Below are positions 57,234 to 64,000 of a DNA stretch of 64,000 nucleotides, one piece after another. Made by a program: the position numbers and the translations under genes. Source of the stretch: Gemmatimonadaceae bacterium (GTDB lineage Bacteria; Gemmatimonadota; Gemmatimonadetes; Gemmatimonadales; Gemmatimonadaceae); NCBI GenBank assembly GCA_040901985.1, contig JBBDYC010000017.1:128001-192000 (forward strand). Reading direction: 5' to 3'. The notes below the pieces were generated by a model. That model made no database searches. It worked only from the letters and a program-made list of their open reading frames with translations, and was not told the origin of the DNA. Position 1 is the first letter of the stretch. Every line of letters begins with the position of its first letter.

Positions 57234-59529
57234 CGCATTGTCGCCGTCCACCAGTTTTGACTTCAAGTCGACGGATGGTCGGAGACTTGGGACACTCCGC
57301 GTTTTCGAGTTGCCTGGCAGTCCGGGTTCACTGAGAAGTACGAGATCGGACGCGACTGACGTCGAAGCGGAGGAGTCGGTTCGGCTTCTCGAAGGCCGAG
57401 AATATCGCTATGAGATAGCCCTCTCGGATCCAGGCATTTCAATTCGGCTTGATCGTCCAGAACTTTTCTTGCCCGATGACTCGACTTTTCTTAGTGGCCG
57501 ACTGCGCCCCGGCCTGCATACCGGATTGCTCCCGATCGGACTGATTTCAGATTCCGGCGACAGCGCCTGCTGTGTGCTCGAGGTTGAATCAACAAAGCTT
57601 GGTTATCGAACCGATTATCGGTGGATGTTGTCGGATCTCGTTGAGTACGCGACGGAGCTCGTTACAAGGCCGTTCGCGGTAGCTGAACAGCGATTCATAC
57701 CTGACAACTATGCGACGGGAACGAACGCGTACCAGGAATTCAAGTTTCTGCAGAACCTCCTGGCGCAGGACGAGTTCCAGGCAGCGCTTCACACGGTCCT
57801 TTCGCGGCCCTATGTGTCGTGGACACAAAGCGAAGAGCGCAGGACTGCACACCGAGGGTGGCGCGGGGGCGCCGCAGCAACGCGCGAGCTTGGTCGAAGT
57901 GGCCCAAGAGTTCCCAGCAAGCACCTGTTGGGTGCAATCGGAGAGTACGGACTGCCAGCAGAGCTAACGATTCTTAGGACGGACCCGACTTTCGACAATA
58001 CGCCAAATCGCTTCATCAAGTTCGTGCTCAAGTCGTGGCTAGCTACCGCACGCGCCATGACGGACGCGAATCCCGATCGCTCGTCTGCACTCGGTGAGCG
58101 CCGCGAGCGAGAGGGTATGCAGGTTATTCAGATGCTGGAGCGCGCTCTGGCCGCCGATGTCTTCACGAACGTCCCCGACGAGAGACCGCGTTCTGTAAGC
58201 AATCCGGTACTGCGGCGGCGTCCCGGATACAGGGAAATGTTGCAGGCGTTCACGATGTCGCAGCTCGCAGCGACTCTCTCCTGGAGTGGGGGCGAGTCGG
58301 TCTACCGCGTCGGACAGAAGAACGTTGCAAGACTCTACGAGTACTGGTGCTTCATTCAGGTGGCGCGACTGATTGCGTCCATGTGCGGGCGCGAGTTCGA
58401 CCAGTCTGATTTCTTGAGGCTTCGAGACGGACGCGTCGAGTTCTCGCTGGCCGAGGGACGTGAGGTGCGACTCACTGGTACAGTCCGAAGGCTAAACCGT
58501 CAGATAGGTATCGAGCTCTTCTACAATCGCACGTTCGGGTCGGCTCGTGCGGGTAAGGGTTCCTGGACGAGAGTATTTCGGCCAGACTTCTCGCTGCGCC
58601 TGAGACACGGCAAGGACGTCGCGAGCGTTTCCGCTGAAGAGCTGTGGATTCATTTTGACGCGAAGTACCGCGTCGACCACCTGAGAGACGTGCTTGACGT
58701 CAGTTCTTCCGATTCGACGGATGATGACGGCGGAAAGATGAACGGTCGGGCGAAGTCCGACGATCTGGCTAAGATGCATTCGTACCGAGATGCAATTCGA
58801 CGATCCGCCGGTGCGTTTGTGCTTTATCCCGGCAGCCTCGACGAGGTAAAGCGGGAATTCGTCGAAGTGCTCCCTGGTCTTGGAGCTTTTGCACTGCGAC
58901 CCGACAGCTCGAGGACTGGGCAGACGTCGGTCGGTCTTAAGAACTTTCTGGAGGAAGTGGTTGGTCATTTTGCCTCGCAGTACTCTCAGCACTCGCGAGG
59001 ACTCTTCTGGCGCGAACGCGCTTTCGGCAGCCCCTCGATCACTATCCCTTCGACACCGTTTCTAGGGTTCCTAGCGAAGCCACCGCGGGACACCCGGGTC
59101 CTGGTGGGCTACGTGCGAAACGCAGCCCACATGGAGTGGATCACGAGTGCAAGACAGTACAACATTCGAGCGGACGCGAGGACGGGCGCGGTTTCGGTCG
59201 ACTCCGAGTTACTCGGCTCCGAGATTCTCGTCTTGTACGCGCCGACGATTGGCGAGGTCCGGCTCTGGCGTCGCGAAGGTCCTGTAACACTCAGGACCGC
59301 AGATCAGCTTCGATCCTCCGGTTATCAGAACCCGCGAGGATCGCTGTATCTCTGCTTGACGCTTGGTCGCGACTCGACGAACGAATGGACCGAAGCTCCA
59401 GATCCCACGAAAGTCGAGCGCGCAGTGGCGCTACTTCGACCGGATTCTCCGCGGGGCGCCCCGATCGCATGCACTTGGGACGACTTCTGCACGGCCCTCG
59501 GATCAACCGAACGCGTGCCGAGAAACTAA
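57190..59529 (+). CDS. McrC-like DUF2357 / PD-(D/E)xK nuclease
   Basis: DNTPNRFIKF, LYEYWCF, RPDF..FDAKYR, DLAKMHSYRDAI; overlaps mcrB (start 57190 or 57214). Confidence 0.85.
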   Translation: MSLLDRISMWVSQTSALSPSTSFDFKSTDGRRLGTLRVFELPGSPGSLRSTRSDATDVEAEESVRLLEGREYRYEIALSDPGISIRLDRPELFLPDDSTFLSGRLRPGLHTGLLPIGLISDSGDSACCVLEVESTKLGYRTDYRWMLSDLVEYATELVTRPFAVAEQRFIPDNYATGTNAYQEFKFLQNLLAQDEFQAALHTVLSRPYVSWTQSEERRTAHRGWRGGAAATRELGRSGPRVPSKHLLGAIGEYGLPAELTILRTDPTFDNTPNRFIKFVLKSWLATARAMTDANPDRSSALGERREREGMQVIQMLERALAADVFTNVPDERPRSVSNPVLRRRPGYREMLQAFTMSQLAATLSWSGGESVYRVGQKNVARLYEYWCFIQVARLIASMCGREFDQSDFLRLRDGRVEFSLAEGREVRLTGTVRRLNRQIGIELFYNRTFGSARAGKGSWTRVFRPDFSLRLRHGKDVASVSAEELWIHFDAKYRVDHLRDVLDVSSSDSTDDDGGKMNGRAKSDDLAKMHSYRDAIRRSAGAFVLYPGSLDEVKREFVEVLPGLGAFALRPDSSRTGQTSVGLKNFLEEVVGHFASQYSQHSRGLFWRERAFGSPSITIPSTPFLGFLAKPPRDTRVLVGYVRNAAHMEWITSARQYNIRADARTGAVSVDSELLGSEILVLYAPTIGEVRLWRREGPVTLRTADQLRSSGYQNPRGSLYLCLTLGRDSTNEWTEAPDPTKVERAVALLRPDSPRGAPIACTWDDFCTALGSTERVPRN

Positions 59530-59545
59530 CCACCTCGCTCGACAG

Positions 59546-60991
59546 TCAATCGCGACTCGCTGCTGCGGCGTTGAGCTCGCGCACCGTCCGCGCGAGGTCT
59601 GAGCGCGCGCTCCTCGGATTCATCATTGTCACCCTCAACACTCTCGTCCCACCAAGTACCGTGGAGGTCACCCACCCCGCCCCCGACCGATTGTACGCTT
59701 CGCGAATCTTGACATTGTCCCCGTCCGTCCCACGCACTCGAAAGCAAAGAATATTCCCCTCCGGTGCATGGATCCCCTCGAACACATCCTCCTGCTCGTT
59801 GAGCAGCTCGTAAAGCGAAGAAGTCAGCGAACAGAGATGCTCGTACATCCCTCCAATCCCGTCCGCCCCCAACCGCTGCAGCGCCACCCAAACCTTCAAC
59901 GCATCCCCTCTCCGCGAACACTGAAAACTCCTGGTCCCCATATCGAGACTCACGTCATCGTCTCTCGACGCCCCATGAAACAGATACGGCGCCTTCTGAC
60001 TGAACGCCCGCTCCAAATCCCGCACATCGCGCGCCAACACCATCCCCGCCGACAACGGCAACAACATCATCTTGTGCGGATCCCAGGCAATCGTCCGCGC
60101 CTTCTCAATCCCGCGTAACTTCGATCGGTGCACCGACGAGAGCAGCGCCGAAGCCCCGTGCGCACCATCCACGTGCAGCCACAACCCACGCTGCTCACAC
60201 AGGCCCCCAATCGCCTCAAGATTGTCAAAGCTCCCGGTCGCTGTTGACCCCGCAGTCGCCACCACGGCAAGCGCCGCTCGCCCCTCCCGCTCCAGCCGAG
60301 CCAGCACCGCCTCGAGCGCATCCACATCCATCTTGAACTCACGCGACGGCACAGCCACGCAGTTGTCCGTCCCGAGCCCCATCATCCCCGCCGCACGCAG
60401 CACGGCATAGTGCGCGTGCTCCCCGTGCACGAGCACGGGCATCGGTTTCTTCGGATCAAACCCCACCCGCCACGCATCCGGCTGCAGTTCAGCCCGCGCC
60501 GCAAGCAGCGCAGTGAACGTGGCCTCGGTCCCGCCACTCGTGAACGTCCCGCCGGCGCGGGGCCCAAGCCCTGCGAGCTGCGTCATCCACCCAATCACGC
60601 GCTCCTCAATCACGGACCCCACGGGCGACATCTCCCACACGGCCTGCGAATTGTTGAGCGCGCTGATCACGACCTCGCTCCACACGGCACTCGCCAGCGG
60701 CGCGGCCACCTGGTGACCCATCGCCATCGGATGCATCAGCCGATTCACATCCGGCATCACGTCGCGCTCAATCCGCGCAGCAACATCAGCCAACGGCTTC
60801 AACCCCATCGGCATCGGCTCATCAAACCGCGCCGCGATTGCCGCCGGCGAAAGCGCAGTGGATACCGGCCCCTCACCCGTGCGCGTCTGCGCGAAGTAGT
60901 CGGCCGCAATCTTCAGAAACGGGCCCGCCGCCTCGAGAGTCGTATCGCTCTCGAGCGCGGCGAGGAGCTCAGCCGTGCGTGGATCGGTCAT
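59546..60991 (-). CDS. Group II PLP-dependent decarboxylase
   Basis: FTSGGTEA, AHYAV, ATAGSTATGSFD, WLHVDGAHG, WDPHK (PLP lysine). Confidence 0.93.
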   Translation of the reverse strand: MTDPRTAELLAALESDTTLEAAGPFLKIAADYFAQTRTGEGPVSTALSPAAIAARFDEPMPMGLKPLADVAARIERDVMPDVNRLMHPMAMGHQVAAPLASAVWSEVVISALNNSQAVWEMSPVGSVIEERVIGWMTQLAGLGPRAGGTFTSGGTEATFTALLAARAELQPDAWRVGFDPKKPMPVLVHGEHAHYAVLRAAGMMGLGTDNCVAVPSREFKMDVDALEAVLARLEREGRAALAVVATAGSTATGSFDNLEAIGGLCEQRGLWLHVDGAHGASALLSSVHRSKLRGIEKARTIAWDPHKMMLLPLSAGMVLARDVRDLERAFSQKAPYLFHGASRDDDVSLDMGTRSFQCSRRGDALKVWVALQRLGADGIGGMYEHLCSLTSSLYELLNEQEDVFEGIHAPEGNILCFRVRGTDGDNVKIREAYNRSGAGWVTSTVLGGTRVLRVTMMNPRSARSDLARTVRELNAAAASRD

Positions 60992-61065
60992 CCAAGGAAT
61001 AGAAGGGTGCGGCGAGCGGAGCGCGAGCGCACAAGTTGAAGCCGAGAACCCCGCCAATCGAGAGC

Positions 61066-61103
61066 GATGCGTTGACATCACACTGCTGATGCATTAGCAT
61101 CAT
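61066..61103 (+). promoter_or_regulatory. vapBC promoter/operator (probably leaderless)
   Basis: TTGACA-17 bp-TAGCAT, 6 nt before the ATG; TGATGC-N4-GCATCA palindrome and GATGC...ACATC. Confidence 0.75.
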
Positions 61104-61106
61104 TCT

Positions 61107-61367
61107 ATGAGGACGACAGTGGACATCGACCAGGACCTGCTCGACAAGGTGCGGCGGCGAGCTGAAGCAGAAGGCCTTTCGTTTCGAGAGGTCCTCAATC
61201 AGATCATTCACCGCGGACTGACCACGCCTGCGCCGAAGCGCAAACCGTACGTTATGCCGGTCTTGGACCTCGGGGTCGATCCGACGGTCAACATCAATGA
61301 ATTGCTTGCGGAACTCGACATCGAGGACTTCATACGCGTACGGGATCGCGAGGCGAAGCGGCGGTGA
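61107..61367 (+). CDS. vapB: VapB-type RHH antitoxin
   Basis: MRTTVDIDQDLL..VRRRA....SFREVLN; overlaps the PIN gene. Confidence 0.85.
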   Translation: MRTTVDIDQDLLDKVRRRAEAEGLSFREVLNQIIHRGLTTPAPKRKPYVMPVLDLGVDPTVNINELLAELDIEDFIRVRDREAKRR

Positions 61368-61795
61368 AACTCGTCGATACCAACCTGCTGCTCTACGCCA
61401 TCGATAAGGCGTCCGTCCATCACGCTGCGACGAAGAAGTTTCTCGAACAAGCACTCTCAGCGGAGGAGACGCTAGCGCTCCCCTGGGCAGTCATCACCGG
61501 GTTCATCCGTCTCAGCACCAATCGCCGAGTCACCCGGCGGCCGATTGATCCGAAGGCCGCCAGCGCGATCGTTGATGGTTGGCTGGCGTTTCCCAACGTA
61601 GTCGCGCTTGACCCAGGCCCAGATCACTGGCGAATCATGCGCGAACTCATCGAAGCGACGGGGGTCGGCGGAAATCTGATCAATGACGCGCACCTCGCCG
61701 CGATGGCGATCGAGAACGGCGCCGAACTCTGCTCAGCCGACTCCGACTTCGCGCGATTTCCGCGCCTCAAGTGGACGGATCCGACGCGGGGCTGA
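61364..61795 (+). CDS. vapC: VapC PIN-domain toxin
   Basis: LVDTNLLLYA, DAHLAAMAIE, SADSDFARF. Confidence 0.92.
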   Translation: MKLVDTNLLLYAIDKASVHHAATKKFLEQALSAEETLALPWAVITGFIRLSTNRRVTRRPIDPKAASAIVDGWLAFPNVVALDPGPDHWRIMRELIEATGVGGNLINDAHLAAMAIENGAELCSADSDFARFPRLKWTDPTRG

Positions 61796-61797
61796 CG

Positions 61798-62628
61798 CTA
61801 CAACTTCCCCTTCGTCGGCAACTCCGCCCCGCACTCCTTGCAGTGCTTGGCATCCAGGTCGTGCCGATCCCGCCCGCACGTTCCGCAAGTCACCATCCGC
61901 GACGTCCGCTTCGACTTCTGCAACTCCATCGTCACGATCCCGGTCGGCACGGCAATGATCCCGTAGCCGACCACCATCAGCAAACTCGCCATCATCTTCC
62001 CCAACGTCGTGGCCGGCGCAATGTCTCCGTAGCCCACGGTCGTCACGGTCACGATCGCCCAGTACATGGAAGTGGGGATGCTCGTGAATCCGTTCTCGGG
62101 GCCCTCGACGAGAAAGATCAGCGACCCCACCACGGCCACGAGCGTGATCATCGTGAACACGAAGACGACGATCTTGTGCCGACTCGCCATCAGTGCCTGC
62201 CCGAGCGTGTTGGCCTCGGCTACGTACGCGGTGAGCCGGAGGATGCGGAAGATCCTCAGCACCCGGAACACGCGCACGATCCCCAGGAATCGCCACTCGG
62301 GGAAGAAGAGACTCACGTACGTCGGGAGCGTGGCCATCAAGTCCACCACACCGTAAAAGCTCTTGGCGTAACGCTTGGGGTCGGCGGCGCACCAGAGGCG
62401 GGTGATGTACTCGAACGTGAAGAGGATCGTGAAAAACCACTCGAACACCTTCAGCACGGAGTGCGCGCGCGGCGACAGTCCGGCCATGCTGTCGAGCATC
62501 ACGACCATCACGCTGCCGAGGATGGCGACGATCAGCGCGACATCGAAGGCGTTGCCGGCCTTGGTGTCGTGGTCGAAGATGATCCGGCGCCAACGGATGC
62601 GGCGCGCCTCGAAGCGGCTGGTGGTCAC
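61798..62628 (-). CDS. Voltage-gated potassium channel (6TM)
   Basis: S4 RVFRVLRIFRILRL; pore TVTTVGYGD; C-terminal CxxC..CxxC. Confidence 0.93.
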   Translation of the reverse strand: MTTSRFEARRIRWRRIIFDHDTKAGNAFDVALIVAILGSVMVVMLDSMAGLSPRAHSVLKVFEWFFTILFTFEYITRLWCAADPKRYAKSFYGVVDLMATLPTYVSLFFPEWRFLGIVRVFRVLRIFRILRLTAYVAEANTLGQALMASRHKIVVFVFTMITLVAVVGSLIFLVEGPENGFTSIPTSMYWAIVTVTTVGYGDIAPATTLGKMMASLLMVVGYGIIAVPTGIVTMELQKSKRTSRMVTCGTCGRDRHDLDAKHCKECGAELPTKGKL

Positions 62629-62677
62629 GGGGTGAAACTACTGCCGGTGCCGGGGGCGGCGCGAGCGTGCGCTGAAA

Positions 62678-63064
62678 CTACAAAACCACCGTGTCGAACC
62701 CGAGTTTGCGCGCCACCTCGAGCTGCCGCTGGTCGTAGCTCGCAAACTCGACGCGCGGACCCTGCTGCCGCGCAAAATCAGCCGTGGCAAGATGAATCGC
62801 GTCGAGGGTTCGGACCGGCGATGGAAACGGCTCCAGCACCCGATCGAGTACCTCCCCGCCGAGTTCGAAAAGTCCGATCCGGCTCAACAGCTCGACCACG
62901 GCATCGCCCAGTTCGCGATTCCGACCGCGCCCGTTCACCACGGTCCAGAGCTCATACTCAAGCAACCGACTCGAGCAGAGCGCGCGGTCCCAGAACTCAG
63001 CCGGCGGTCGGGTGGTCTCGGCGAACAGCGACGCGAGCGCCACCGACGAGTCCACGTAGATCAA
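62678..63064 (-). CDS. PIN-domain toxin (VapC-like)
   Basis: IYVDSS, YE, RTLDAIHLATA, SYD. Confidence 0.9.
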   Translation of the reverse strand: MIYVDSSVALASLFAETTRPPAEFWDRALCSSRLLEYELWTVVNGRGRNRELGDAVVELLSRIGLFELGGEVLDRVLEPFPSPVRTLDAIHLATADFARQQGPRVEFASYDQRQLEVARKLGFDTVVL

Positions 63065-63351
63065 TGGTCGCCTCGCGACTCGTCGAGCCAGCGCATGACC
63101 TCCTCAAACGTCGCGATCGGATGACGCGGCGGCGGACCGGCGCCCACCACCTTCGCCGGCGTGAGAATGCCTCGGCGCACCAAGTCGGCCAGCCGCTCAT
63201 CCACCACGGCGCGCTCCCGTCCCGCGCGCGGTGGCGTGAGCTCGGCGACCACCTTGTCGCGGTCCGTCACGAGAATGGTCTCCCCACTCGCCGCGAGCTT
63301 GACGTACTCGCTGAGCTTGTTCTTGAGCTGCTTGATGCCGATGGCTCGCAT
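63061..63351 (-). CDS. Phd/YefM-family antitoxin
   Basis: IGIKQLKNKLSEYVKLAASGETILVTDRDKVVAEL. Confidence 0.9.
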   Translation of the reverse strand: MRAIGIKQLKNKLSEYVKLAASGETILVTDRDKVVAELTPPRAGRERAVVDERLADLVRRGILTPAKVVGAGPPPRHPIATFEEVMRWLDESRGDH

Positions 63352-63356
63352 TCCTG

Positions 63357-63380
63357 AAAGTAGCTACCGGTAGCTACTTT
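63357..63380. promoter_or_regulatory. Perfect 24-bp palindromic toxin-antitoxin operator
   Basis: AAAGTAGCTACCGGTAGCTACTTT, 5 nt upstream of the antitoxin ATG. Confidence 0.8.
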
Positions 63381-63421
63381 GGCAACACCGCCGCCTCTCC
63401 CGCAATCATTACATTCTGCTG

Positions 63422-64000
63422 ATGCGCCTAGCTCTTTCGTTCGTCGCGCTGCTGCTCGTCGCCGCGCCGCTTGCGGCGCAGGACGCCCCGCGCCTGATTC
63501 CCGCCCCGCGCGAGATTGTTCGCAGCGACCCACCAGCCCGCTTCGCCGCCGAGATCACGGTCGAGGCAGGCGCCGATGCCGACGACCGGTTTGCGGCGCA
63601 GGACTTCGCCGAGACGATGACGGCACGCGGGTTCCGCGCTGCGGTTACGGCGAGTGACCGCGGCTGGCACGTGGACCTGCTCCGTGCCGGCACGGAGGCG
63701 GCGCGCCGGGTCCTGGAGCGCGAGAATCTGCGATTCACCCAGGCAATGGAAGCCGAGGGCTACATTTTGGTCACCGGCACCGAGGGCGCCACGGTCATCG
63801 CTGCAACGTCTGCCGGCGTCTTCCATGGACTGCAGACGCTCAAGCAGCTCATCACGGGCGCGGGCAGCGCAGCCCAACTCCACCGCGTGGCAATCCGCGA
63901 CTGGCCGGCAATGCAGCACCGCGGCGTCCAGGACGACATCTCCCGCGGCCCGGTGCCGACGCTCGAATACCAAAAGCGGCAGGTGCGCGCGGCGGCGGGG
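63422..64000 (+). CDS. GH20 beta-N-acetylhexosaminidase (partial, 5' end)
   Basis: Not in ORF track. Signal peptide MRLALSFVALLLVAAPLAAQ, LIPAPRE, EGYIL, GVFHGLQTLKQL, IRDWPAMQHRGVQDDISRG. Confidence 0.88.
   Translation, partial: MRLALSFVALLLVAAPLAAQDAPRLIPAPREIVRSDPPARFAAEITVEAGADADDRFAAQDFAETMTARGFRAAVTASDRGWHVDLLRAGTEAARRVLERENLRFTQAMEAEGYILVTGTEGATVIAATSAGVFHGLQTLKQLITGAGSAAQLHRVAIRDWPAMQHRGVQDDISRGPVPTLEYQKRQVRAAAG

Noticed and set aside
54562..59545. mcrBC insert as an IS, prophage or integrative element
   Set aside because: No transposase, integrase, tRNA or terminal repeats seen.

Overview
GC-rich (roughly 70% by eye) bacterial chromosomal window; gene content and style suggest Gemmatimonadota (inference). 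Most of it is housekeeping: rho, an M20 dipeptidase, mlaE-mlaD-nadB-nadA-nadC, sucA, msrPQ, a TetR-HlyD-ABC exporter, beta-oxidation genes, a MarR/dioxygenase/YceI unit, a K+ channel and a partial GH20. A lower-GC McrBC-type defence insert (54.7-59.5 kb) sits among three toxin-antitoxin loci, one with an internally deleted higB. Most interesting: (1) a TPR protein convergent with an unannotated 39-aa lipobox peptide gene that is divergent from a receiver-like/AraC regulator, a candidate peptide-signalling system; (2) a porin / type-1-copper periplasmic protein / sensor-HAMP-Ser/Thr kinase trans-envelope module; (3) an NtrC-to-sigma54-promoter-to-FliA-like sigma cascade facing an orphan adenine methyltransferase coupled to a degenerate histidine kinase; (4) strong depletion of RTCGAY in core genes but not in the recent inserts. 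All counts are manual and no searches were run.
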